Positions 6,191 through 14,466 are shown, counted from the first letter of the stretch. The stretch is DNA of 24,000 nucleotides from Limnobaculum zhutongyuii (GCF_004295645.1 NZ_CP034752.1:2081809-2105808), one strand, 5' to 3'. Notes: a model not told the origin generated them from the sequence alone. Translations and numbers: made by a program.

Positions 6191-7774
6191 TTATTGTGAC
6201 AATGTCACTTTATTAATTTCACCTAACCAGTGTTCGGATTGCATTTGTCCCTGGGAAAATGCGCTAATCATCTGAAATACTGTGTCAGAAAACCCACCAA
6301 TATTCAGAATGTCTTCCCTTTCCTTCGCCTGTGTCGTGGCATAGGGCTGGATATCCAGACAAATCAGTCTGGCCGACGGATTAAAACGTTTAAACATTTC
6401 CCACTGGCGCATAGTCTCTGTTGCGCTACTTCCCTGACGATGAATACTTCCCCAGGATTCGTTATCCGAAACCAGCAGTACTACATCAGCGCGAATGCCT
6501 TTGGCGTTTAACCATTTCAGCGGTGCGCTACAATCTGTTCCACCACCACAGGCCGCTGCCAATTTGGTAGCATTAGTTAACACCGTATCTCTTGGGTTCA
6601 ACACAACCCGATTGCTTTCCACTACCTGATACTCAAAAGGTACGATTAGTGTATCGCGCTGTTTACGCAGATAAGTGGCGGCAATCAATGCCGCAATATC
6701 AACGCAGCGGGTTACGGTTGTTGCTCCAGGGCGATAACCGGTTGCCGGAGAGTGCATAGAACCCGAGACATCCGGACATACCACCATTTTTCCTGCCACT
6801 GGCAATACGTTCTCTAAGGCAATTTCCAATGCATCCTGTAATGCTTCACGCACCATCAGCGGAATCTCTTTACTGGCTGACTGATATGCCGTCATTAACT
6901 GATACGGGAACACTTTTGCCTGCATAATGTTCTTTCTGTCACTCAACTTATCAGCAATCACTTTTGTCATGCCCGGTAACTCAAACACACCGTGACGGGC
7001 AAAGGTGTTCAGATTCATTCGCACCATCTGCCAGCTACCCTGCTTTGCTATCTTCGCCCAGTCTGCCGTAGTCAAATTTAATGCAGTTAACATCTGGAAC
7101 GGCACCGCCGGTAATCCATCTTCATCACAGTTACCCTGACGTTTATATTGCTCAAACGCGCGAGTAATTGGCGGTAATACTTTTTCATCATAGGGCTTAC
7201 CAATTAACCAGGCAAAGAAGGCTTCTCTCCAGCTTTCTTGTGGTTTTGGATGTACCATCTTTACCACATCCGCTAACGAAGGATTATTACCTACTGCCGC
7301 TGATAACAGTGCTTTCTCACTGGCGTTATTTAACCAATCCTGCACTAATTTTTTAGGACGTGTACCTAAAGATTTACGTCCCACGGTATCACTACGTAAT
7401 ATCTGCACAAAATTACGTAACATTTTGCCGTTATCCACCACCAGTGGAAATGCCATTGGTAAATACTCTTTTCCCTTCACTGACAATATGGCTAACAGTA
7501 ATGCCGGCATATCTTTCATATAACCATATTGACGGCAGTACACGGCTATTTTGGCCAGCATTAACGGATCTACCTGAGAGCACAGCGCCATTACGGTATC
7601 TAATTGAGTTTCTGCCGAAGCGTAATAAGTACCATTTAAGCAACCCGTGGCAGCATACTGTGCCAATGCATGTTCTGCACTAAAGCGGTATGCCGTTCCA
7701 CCTGCTTCATTCTTATCATTCGTTTTTGGTAACCAACGACCTTTTAATGATTTAAATAGTTGAGTATTCGCCAT
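6191..7774 (-). CDS. rsr: Ro60-related protein Rsr (TROVE domain + vWA domain)
   Basis: 527 aa from the ATG at 7774 (MANTQLFKSLKG...). AGGAG lies 7 nt upstream. The track's longer GTG-initiated ORF to 7816 lacks an SD. It is a TROVE-type protein with a C-terminal vWA MIDAS motif (DVSGSM) and sits next to Y-like RNAs and rtcBA, as in the Salmonella rsr operon. Confidence 0.9.
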   Translation of the reverse strand: MANTQLFKSLKGRWLPKTNDKNEAGGTAYRFSAEHALAQYAATGCLNGTYYASAETQLDTVMALCSQVDPLMLAKIAVYCRQYGYMKDMPALLLAILSVKGKEYLPMAFPLVVDNGKMLRNFVQILRSDTVGRKSLGTRPKKLVQDWLNNASEKALLSAAVGNNPSLADVVKMVHPKPQESWREAFFAWLIGKPYDEKVLPPITRAFEQYKRQGNCDEDGLPAVPFQMLTALNLTTADWAKIAKQGSWQMVRMNLNTFARHGVFELPGMTKVIADKLSDRKNIMQAKVFPYQLMTAYQSASKEIPLMVREALQDALEIALENVLPVAGKMVVCPDVSGSMHSPATGYRPGATTVTRCVDIAALIAATYLRKQRDTLIVPFEYQVVESNRVVLNPRDTVLTNATKLAAACGGGTDCSAPLKWLNAKGIRADVVLLVSDNESWGSIHRQGSSATETMRQWEMFKRFNPSARLICLDIQPYATTQAKEREDILNIGGFSDTVFQMISAFSQGQMQSEHWLGEINKVTLSQ

Positions 7775-7893
7775 TCTCATTCTCCTTTGAGACAAAATTA
7801 ATCTGGTGGGCAGCACGCCATCTTCGTTGTTATCACAATCAATCTATCTTTGATGACTTGTTCTAACGTTGCTGCCCTTCATGCCAGATATAT

Positions 7894-7909
7894 AGCGATA
7901 AGCGTGCCA
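7894..7909 (-). promoter_or_regulatory. Sigma54 (-24/-12) promoter for rsr operon
   Basis: Minus strand reads TGGCACG-CTTA-TCGCT against the consensus TGGCACG-N4-TTGCW. GG and GC have the correct 12-nt register, with a single mismatch in the -12 element. The predicted TSS is near 7883, about 110 nt upstream of the rsr ATG. Confidence 0.65.
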
Positions 7910-8122
7910 ACTTTTAAAAAACAGGAATAAATAATTTTAATTAATTGAATTAAAACAATATTAATTTTTTATTTATTTTTAAGAGAAAAATTAGGCGAAA
8001 ACAAACCGAAGGAAATTTATCCAATAGGATAAAAAATTATAAATTGAGATAATTAATGGCAACACGATTTGATTACCACATTGCCATTCTGTCCGCTCTT
8101 TTCAATCAGAGCCGGGAATGCT

Positions 8123-8779
8123 TTATTTTAACTGTTGTATTGCCTGCCAGACTTCACCCAGCGAATTAACCTGCACATCGGCTAATCCAAATCGCTTATC
8201 CTGACACGCTTCTGGTGCAGGCATAACGATCACTTTCATCTGGGCCGCTTTAGCCGCCACCATACCGTTTACTGCATCTTCAATCACGATACACTCCTCC
8301 GGATTGACGTTGAGTATTTCTGACGCCCGCAAAAATACCGCCGGATGAGGCTTACCATTAATCATGCCTTCAGCAGAGATTTGGTGGGAAAAGTAATGGC
8401 TAATATTTAACGCATCTAATACGCGGGCAATTTGCTTTCGTGGTGAAGAAGACGCAACTACTATCGGCAAACCATGCTGTTGAATAGTTTCCAACAGTTC
8501 AACTACCCCAGGCATAGGCTGAGGATGAGTTTGTATTCTTCGACCAACTTCAGTAACAATTTCTTCAACACGGCGAGGAACGTCTTCTAACGGGAGTGAG
8601 TGACGATGATGGTGCTCTGTCAGTAACTTATCAATACGAATCCCGGCACTATCTTTAAAATCCTCATCGTCTAAATGAACGCCATAACACTGCAAATAAA
8701 TTTCTTGTTCCACTTTGACCCAAACAGGCTCTGAATCCACCAGTACGCCATCCATATCAAAGATAATAGCCGTCGTCAT
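8123..8779 (-). CDS. HAD-superfamily sugar/hexitol-phosphate phosphatase (HxpB/YniC-like, beta-PGM subfamily)
   Basis: 218 aa from the ATG at 8779 (MTTAIIFDMDGVLVDSEP...), with GAGGG just upstream. It has HAD motif I DMDG, motif III K...P, and a C-terminal EDAVNGMVAAKAA...VMPAPEA..D.RF block resembling E. coli YniC as I remember it. The track's 244-aa version is an N-terminal over-extension into sgcR. Confidence 0.85.
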   Translation of the reverse strand: MTTAIIFDMDGVLVDSEPVWVKVEQEIYLQCYGVHLDDEDFKDSAGIRIDKLLTEHHHRHSLPLEDVPRRVEEIVTEVGRRIQTHPQPMPGVVELLETIQQHGLPIVVASSSPRKQIARVLDALNISHYFSHQISAEGMINGKPHPAVFLRASEILNVNPEECIVIEDAVNGMVAAKAAQMKVIVMPAPEACQDKRFGLADVQVNSLGEVWQAIQQLK

Positions 8780-9560
8780 ACCCTCTTTCTCCCGCTCTGA
8801 TGATATTAATTCCAGCCTGTCGGTAACGTTGAAACGTCTCTTCAGGCAGTAACGCATCAGTAATAATACAGCTCATCGAGAGTAACGTCGCCACACTGTG
8901 AGGTTTTATCTGATCGAATTTACTGTGATCCGCCAGTAGTACGACTTGTCGGCCCCGCTGGATCAGCATTTTCTTCACTCCTACTTCAAAAACGGTGGAG
9001 TTAGTTATCCCGCTCTCCAGAGATAACGCATCACATGACATAAAGGTTTTATCTGCTGAAAATAGTTTCAACATATCAACGGCAAGGCTTTCTCCTACGG
9101 AAAAATATCCTGAGCGAATCATGCCGCCAACGATATAGCTCTCCAGTTGGTTATAACACCCCAGTTGATTGGCTATTTTTACATCAGTGGTAATCACTTT
9201 GGCGGAGATATCTGACAGTCGTTTTGCCAGTTCCAGACAGGTTGAACCTGAATCCAGCAAAATGCAGTCATCTGGCTTGATCATGTTGCGGGCAACCTGA
9301 GCAATATCCTGCTTAGCCACCCGTTGAATACTCTGTTTAACATCAAAAATGTACTCTTGATCGACGGTGGTTTTATCAAATACGATACCACCATGACAGC
9401 GAACCATTCCCGGATAGCCATCCACAATAATCTGAAAGTCTCGTCTGACAGAAGCTTCAGCATAGCCAAACAGTTCAACCACCTGGCGTGTTTCTATCTT
9501 TTTATGCTGCCACAGATAGTGCAGGATATTACGCATTCGATCGGAACGTTTATCGCTCAT
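8757..9560 (-). CDS. sgcR: DeoR-family transcriptional regulator of the sgc-type PTS operon
   Basis: 267 aa from the ATG at 9560, with GGGAG 7 nt upstream. It has an N-terminal wHTH (RMRNILHYL...VVELFGYAEASVRRDF) and a DeoR C-terminal sugar-phosphate sensor domain. Its position after sgcE matches the E. coli sgcXBCQAER order. Confidence 0.8.
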   Translation of the reverse strand: MSDKRSDRMRNILHYLWQHKKIETRQVVELFGYAEASVRRDFQIIVDGYPGMVRCHGGIVFDKTTVDQEYIFDVKQSIQRVAKQDIAQVARNMIKPDDCILLDSGSTCLELAKRLSDISAKVITTDVKIANQLGCYNQLESYIVGGMIRSGYFSVGESLAVDMLKLFSADKTFMSCDALSLESGITNSTVFEVGVKKMLIQRGRQVVLLADHSKFDQIKPHSVATLLSMSCIITDALLPEETFQRYRQAGINIIRAGERGYDDGYYL

Positions 9561-10200
9561 CGCCAATCTCCCGAAAAGTATCGATATTTGCTACCAAGGC
9601 TTCTGAACTAAATAGTGCCCGCCCCAGCACCAGATGTCGGGCTCCGGCAGCATACAGTTTGCTGGCCGCGGCAAGCGTAATACCACCATCAGCCCAAATT
9701 TCCATTTCTTTAAACAACGATGTGGCCTGTACAACTTTATCAATCAGCTGTGGATTAAAACGCTGCCCCACACCGTCAGGCTCACTGGTCATAACCATTA
9801 AGCTATCCATCAATGAAGCCAGATAAGAATAAGGTGCCAATGGTGTTGCCGGATTGAACGCCAGTCCGGCTTTACTTCCGATTTCTTTAATTAGGGCCAG
9901 AATCTCAGCCGGATTCGCCAGTGTTTCAGCATGAACAAATATCCAGGCTGGATTAAGTGGTTTCAGCCATTCAATCCATGGAAATGGATCCCTGACCATT
10001 AAATGAAACGACAAAGGATGAGAAGTAGCCCCTGCAACCTGAGTAACGGTTTTTAAACCAAAGGTGATATTTCGAATAAAGCTGGTGTCTTCAATATCCA
10101 AATGAATCGAGCCTATTGTCGCCGTATTCAACCGGTTGAGGGTTTCGCCTAACTCAAGCTGACAGGCCGAGGCCAGTGACGGGTGAATAGTGGTTAGCAT
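9550..10200 (-). CDS. sgcE: Ribulose-phosphate 3-epimerase-family protein (SgcE-like pentulose/hexulose-phosphate epimerase)
   Basis: 216 aa. HPSLASA...GSIHLDIEDTSFIRNITFGLKTV...HPLSFHLM...PAWIFVHAET...AGLAFNPATP...MVMTSEPDG.GQRF...WADGGITLAAA...GRALFSS matches E. coli SgcE block for block as I remember it. Confidence 0.9.
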   Translation of the reverse strand: MLTTIHPSLASACQLELGETLNRLNTATIGSIHLDIEDTSFIRNITFGLKTVTQVAGATSHPLSFHLMVRDPFPWIEWLKPLNPAWIFVHAETLANPAEILALIKEIGSKAGLAFNPATPLAPYSYLASLMDSLMVMTSEPDGVGQRFNPQLIDKVVQATSLFKEMEIWADGGITLAAASKLYAAGARHLVLGRALFSSEALVANIDTFREIGDER

Positions 10201-10202
10201 AG

Positions 10203-10652
10203 TCAGATACCCACAATTGCCGAATCTACCAGTCGGTAAAGTTCATCATCGCTTCTGGCCTGCTGAATTTGTGTTATCAGTGCTGAGTTATCCAGTAAGG
10301 AGGCAATAGTCTGGATGGTCTTTATATGCTGTTCAGCATCCGTTGCACTGACGCAAATAAGCAGCCAGATGAGATCACACTCATCATGGTCAAAGTTCAC
10401 TGGTTGCGACAATGTAGTAAATGCCACACCATTACGGATAGCACCCTGCTCTGGACGGGCATGAGGTAAGGCGATTCCTGGTGCAATTAAATAATACGGG
10501 CCGTATTCCAGCGTATTATCAATAATGCCCTGGATATACTCGATTTTTGCATAGCCAAGCTCAATCAATGGTGTGGCCGCCAGCGCTACCGCTTCCTCCC
10601 ATGATTCAGCATGGCGTAAAGCCTGCGCGGCCTTACAATCCACAATCAACAT
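10203..10652 (-). CDS. sgcA: PTS EIIA component (mannitol/fructose-type EIIA_2)
   Basis: 149 aa. It has the phosphorylatable-His context GIALPHARPE, and its size and position equal E. coli SgcA. SD GGAG lies 6 nt upstream of the ATG. Confidence 0.85.
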   Translation of the reverse strand: MLIVDCKAAQALRHAESWEEAVALAATPLIELGYAKIEYIQGIIDNTLEYGPYYLIAPGIALPHARPEQGAIRNGVAFTTLSQPVNFDHDECDLIWLLICVSATDAEQHIKTIQTIASLLDNSALITQIQQARSDDELYRLVDSAIVGI

Positions 10653-10685
10653 CGTTGACTCCTTTAACCATTAGGTTATTGTAAT

Positions 10686-10725
10686 ATTCCCCCGAAGGTA
10701 CTTTTGGCGAAGACTTCGGGGGAAT
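10686..10725. repeat. 12-bp perfect inverted repeat (intercistronic hairpin) between sgcQ and sgcA
   Basis: ATTCCCCCGAAG-N16-CTTCGGGGGAAT, read directly from the sequence. Confidence 0.7.
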
Positions 10726-10775
10726 AGCCTGTTCATTGGCTAACTACCGGGGGTAAGCGCTTTGCTTATCCCTTT

Positions 10776-11582
10776 TTATTGGCGAATACTGCGAACCTTA
10801 TCCATAAATCGCGCTACACGATCTCCATCGACAAAATTTTCAAAAATGCCGTCTTTCTTGAAATGCGTGGCAGTAACGCAACCGTCAGCAATAGACAACT
10901 GCTCTTCTACGTTTTCCAGACAGACCCCGGTATTGGCTAACACCACGGTGTCAGGTACCGTATCTTTTACTAACTTCAGCGTAGCCGAGTCGGTTTTGCT
11001 GCCAGCAGTCAAACCAGAAACACAGAGCGCATCCGGACGATTGTTAAATACCGTTGATTTAGCAATCGACTGAATATCCCGATTACCTAAATAGACGGCT
11101 GCTTCCGGTACGATGTTGAACAGCGTTTTCACCTTTCCTGCACCTATCCGTTGCTGGTGCCGAATAGTCTCTCCAACATTGGTATTCCAAACGCCGAAAT
11201 CACTGGCATAAGCCCCGGTAAAAATTTCACGAATGAACTGTGCGTCTACTGCCATAGCCAAATCAAAAGAGGCCACCGGATCCCAGAGTACGTTAACCCC
11301 ATATGGAACCCGGATTTCCGCCATCAATTGACCAATAATGCGGGCCATTGCGGCTGAGGTTTCTGGTTTCACTTTGGTTAAGTAAGGCATACTAAACTCA
11401 TTGGAGAACATCACCGCATCTACTCCACCGTTTTGTAAGGCGGTCAAATCTTCATATGCCCGATCAATCACCCAGCTCATGCCTTTGCTGGTATCAAAAC
11501 CCGGATCTCCCGGTAATGCTCGAAAATGACACATGGCTATCACCGCTTTTTCTATGCCAATCACTGACTTAAGCCAACTCAT
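10776..11582 (-). CDS. sgcQ: BtpA/SgcQ-family protein (TIM-barrel, unknown function)
   Basis: 268 aa, the same length and operon position as E. coli SgcQ. Soluble alpha/beta-type composition. SD AGGAG is upstream. Confidence 0.8.
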   Translation of the reverse strand: MSWLKSVIGIEKAVIAMCHFRALPGDPGFDTSKGMSWVIDRAYEDLTALQNGGVDAVMFSNEFSMPYLTKVKPETSAAMARIIGQLMAEIRVPYGVNVLWDPVASFDLAMAVDAQFIREIFTGAYASDFGVWNTNVGETIRHQQRIGAGKVKTLFNIVPEAAVYLGNRDIQSIAKSTVFNNRPDALCVSGLTAGSKTDSATLKLVKDTVPDTVVLANTGVCLENVEEQLSIADGCVTATHFKKDGIFENFVDGDRVARFMDKVRSIRQ

Positions 11583-11634
11583 TTCTGTTACTCCTGTTCA
11601 ATTTAGACCTGAATAAAAAATTGTTAATAACCCA

Positions 11635-12948
11635 TTAAGCAGACAGCTCTTTAGTGCGTAACCACAGTACAATTGCACATACCGCCCCCACTGCAATGAC
11701 CACACCAATAACGCCCATGGCCATTAACTCAACAATTGACCAACCAAACATATTTCCCACGGATAAGGCACTGATTTGTGCACCGTCGGCAGCAAAGCTA
11801 AACCCACCGTTACGAGCCATTTCGGTAAAGTAAGGGGCAAATTGAGTGGCAATAAGTAATACGGTTATCATGACAATCACACCGCTAATTAAGGTACGAA
11901 TCAGGTCACCACGATGAATCACGGTTGCCATACAAATGAAGAATGGTGCGACGGGAAGGTCCGCCAGCGGTAATACCTGATTGCCGGGCAATACGCTGGC
12001 AATCAATAACATAATCGGAATCAGCAACAGGCCAACGGCGATCGTAGTTGGATGCCCCAGGGTTACCGCCGTGTCCAGACCAATGTAAACTTCCCGTCCG
12101 TGAAGATATTTTTGAAAGAATTTACGTGCACCGTCTGAAATCGGCATTAAACCTTCCACAATCAGGCGGATCATTCGAGGAAATAACACCATAATTGCCG
12201 CTACCGTGATCATCAGTGTCATCGTGCCTTTAAAGTTTTCTCCGGCGGACAAGCCAAAAATCAGTCCCAGCACGACGCCGATAATCACCGGATCGCCAAC
12301 CATGCCGAAACGCTTCTGAATTTCAGTGGCATCAATATTTCGGCCTTTAAGAAACGGAACATAGCTATAAAGTTTATCCAACAGGATAAACAGCGGCACT
12401 GAACTGGAACCATATCCCTGTGGTATAGAGATCCCTTCCAGCCCAACAATGCTTTGTACTCGTTTCGCCGTCAGATCGGCAATTTTCAGGGAAAGTGCCG
12501 CATGGCATATCGCTGCCAGCACGCCATAAATCATATTTCCCGTCATTAACTGTACCACTGAACCGGTAATGGCATAGTGCCAGTAGTTATAGATATCGAC
12601 GTTCATGGTTTTGGTTAACCGGGTAACCAACATGCCGATATTGAGTAAGAAAATCACCGGGATAATCATTGCGCCAATGGCAGTGGCATAGCCCACACCG
12701 GAGGCAGGTCCTGCGCCGACATCCAATATGTGTAGGTTCAGACCAAAGCGTTCAATCATGATTTTTATCGGCGGACTGAGGCTATCTATCGCCATAACAA
12801 TGACTAACCCCATACCAACGAAGCCAATACCTACCGTTACCCCCGCTTTTACCGCCTGCAGAACTGGAATTCTGAAAATTAAACCAATCAGAATCATCAC
12901 CATCGGTACGAAAACGGTTCCTCCCAGAGACAAAATGTAATCAAACAT
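11635..12948 (-). CDS. sgcC: PTS EIIC permease, galactitol (GatC/SgcC) family
   Basis: 437 aa polytopic membrane protein. Length and position are identical to E. coli SgcC. GGAGG is upstream of the ATG. Confidence 0.88.
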   Translation of the reverse strand: MFDYILSLGGTVFVPMVMILIGLIFRIPVLQAVKAGVTVGIGFVGMGLVIVMAIDSLSPPIKIMIERFGLNLHILDVGAGPASGVGYATAIGAMIIPVIFLLNIGMLVTRLTKTMNVDIYNYWHYAITGSVVQLMTGNMIYGVLAAICHAALSLKIADLTAKRVQSIVGLEGISIPQGYGSSSVPLFILLDKLYSYVPFLKGRNIDATEIQKRFGMVGDPVIIGVVLGLIFGLSAGENFKGTMTLMITVAAIMVLFPRMIRLIVEGLMPISDGARKFFQKYLHGREVYIGLDTAVTLGHPTTIAVGLLLIPIMLLIASVLPGNQVLPLADLPVAPFFICMATVIHRGDLIRTLISGVIVMITVLLIATQFAPYFTEMARNGGFSFAADGAQISALSVGNMFGWSIVELMAMGVIGVVIAVGAVCAIVLWLRTKELSA

Positions 12949-12961
12949 AACGCCTCCCGCC

Positions 12962-13240
12962 CTATTGGCTCAGCAGTGCTTTGATTTTTTCTTTAAGCAC
13001 ATCATCATTAATACCGATTAATAACGGTGCACCGTTCAGTGTGGGAATGCCGTAATCCTTATCCACTTTCATGGATGTCACGATCAGATCCATTCCGCTA
13101 CAGTTATAAGGGATCTCATTCAAACAACATTGAGATGTACTCACCGGGATTCCTTGCTCACTTAAATATTCCTGTAAGCGCTGTGCAATCATGGTTGAGG
13201 TGGACATGCCTGTTCCGCAGGCTACCAGTATCTTTTTCAT
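12962..13240 (-). CDS. sgcB: PTS EIIB component (galactitol-type)
   Basis: 92 aa from the ATG at 13240 (MKKILVACGTGMSTS...). It has the active-site Cys in the ACGTG context, with GAGG 8 nt upstream. The track's 97-aa version starts 5 codons earlier without an SD. Confidence 0.85.
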   Translation of the reverse strand: MKKILVACGTGMSTSTMIAQRLQEYLSEQGIPVSTSQCCLNEIPYNCSGMDLIVTSMKVDKDYGIPTLNGAPLLIGINDDVLKEKIKALLSQ

Positions 13241-13284
13241 CTTGTTGTACCTCATCGTAAAAGAGAGTTGTTAAGTGCCAACGC

Positions 13285-14376
13285 TTATCTGGCGGCAACA
13301 GGAAACTGTTGCCCCTTAGTCTGGGCTATGGCGGTTAATAATCGAATGCAATCACTCAGGTCGCGGATGCTGGCTACTTCGCTGGGAGAATGGGTATAAC
13401 GACAAGGGATAGACAGGCTGGCGCAAGGAATACCGTCTTGCTCCATTTGGATATAGCCCGTTTCAGTAATTACGCCCGGAGCCACTTCTCTTTGTACCGG
13501 GATCTGGTGCTCTGCTGCGGTCTTTTCCAGAAAAGCAATCAGCCTGGGTGGTGTAATCAGACCAGCCAGCGTTCCCCGCCCGTGATAGTTCAGACAGGTA
13601 ATACCCGGACCTTTGTTGATAACCACATCGGAATAATCTGATAAATCGGGGGTATCGCAAGACGGGGTAATATCAATACCAATGGCCATATCCGGGTTAA
13701 TCCGGCGCAATACCGGCAAAATCCCCCGAATATTAAATTCCTCTTGTACCGAGGCCACCAGATAAAGTGCAATATCCAGCTCCATCTGTTCTACTGCTGC
13801 AGCAACACCCAATAACGCGGTACATCCCAGTCGATCGTCCAGCGCTTTACTACAAACCAGATCGTTAGCTAACAGCTGCGGTGGGTTATACAGACATACC
13901 GGCGTTCCTACTTTGATGCCCATCCGGGCAGCATCCTGCTTATCTGCTGCACCGATATCAATCCACAGATGTTCAATACCCGGAGGTTGAGTACGTTCAT
14001 CGCCCTTACTGAAATGATAAGACTTAATCCCAATACAACCATGTACCGGGCCCTGTTCACCGTCCAGTCTGACCGTTGAACCTGACATCGTGATCTGTGC
14101 CGGACCACCTACTCGTTCGAAACGCAAAAAACCATTTTCTTCAATTTTTCGCACCATGAAGCCCACTTCATCCATGTGCGCAAAAACCATCAGTCTGAAA
14201 GCATCCGGCGATTGACTGCCGTATTGAGCAACAACGTTGCCCAGACGGTCCTGCCATACCTGATGAGCGCTTTGGCTAAATTGCTGTTGCATAACCGATG
14301 CGATGTTATGTTCATGGTCAGAGATTCCATCCAGCGCCAGTAAACTCAGCAGATTTTTTTGAACATCAAAAGTCAT
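13285..14376 (-). CDS. sgcX: M42-family metallopeptidase/endoglucanase-like protein
   Basis: 363 aa from the ATG at 14376, with GGAGG 6 nt upstream. It has M42-type metal-ligand blocks (AHMDEVGF, ALDDRLG, QEEF) and is the first gene of the operon, as in E. coli sgcX. Confidence 0.85.
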   Translation of the reverse strand: MTFDVQKNLLSLLALDGISDHEHNIASVMQQQFSQSAHQVWQDRLGNVVAQYGSQSPDAFRLMVFAHMDEVGFMVRKIEENGFLRFERVGGPAQITMSGSTVRLDGEQGPVHGCIGIKSYHFSKGDERTQPPGIEHLWIDIGAADKQDAARMGIKVGTPVCLYNPPQLLANDLVCSKALDDRLGCTALLGVAAAVEQMELDIALYLVASVQEEFNIRGILPVLRRINPDMAIGIDITPSCDTPDLSDYSDVVINKGPGITCLNYHGRGTLAGLITPPRLIAFLEKTAAEHQIPVQREVAPGVITETGYIQMEQDGIPCASLSIPCRYTHSPSEVASIRDLSDCIRLLTAIAQTKGQQFPVAAR

Positions 14377-14466
14377 ATATCCTCCCCGTTTTACTATTTG
14401 GGAGGCGTTCAAGACCACCTCCATTCAATCAACTACTGAACGTTTATATGCTTCCAATGGCGTTAA

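Noticed and set aside
3431-7683. Track ORFs antisense to rtcA, rtcB and rsr (3431-3658, 4461-4658, 4996-5376, 6230-6511, 7168-7356, 7360-7683, 7431-7643).
   Set aside because: All are embedded in well-supported genes, in antisense or alternative frames, and have low-complexity or atypical composition.
7775-7816. Longer Rsr N-terminus (MLPTRLILSQRRMRM..., GTG start at 7816) given by the ORF track.
   Set aside because: There is no SD for that start. AGGAG is optimally spaced (7 nt) for the ATG at 7774, and the extension overlaps the leader hairpin.
7871-7888. Second sigma54-like element, TGGCATGAAGGGCAGC.
   Set aside because: The GC of the -12 element is out of register with the GG by 2 nt, so it does not fit TGGCAC-N5-TTGC.
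8780-8857. N-terminal over-extensions of track ORFs: HAD 8780-8857, sgcB 13241-13255, sgcX 14377-14424, dauA 15734-15796, sgcR 9561-9566.
   Set aside because: Internal ATGs have well-placed SD sequences and give lengths and N-termini matching known homologues. The extensions overlap upstream genes or regulatory hairpins.
9281-14108. Track ORFs overlapping sgc genes (9281-9478, 9324-9611, 9488-9826, 10762-11073, 11151-11357, 12728-12940, 13027-13260, 13390-13641, 13463-13660, 13590-13772, 13908-14108).
   Set aside because: These are shadow ORFs inside strongly supported coding regions, with no independent support.
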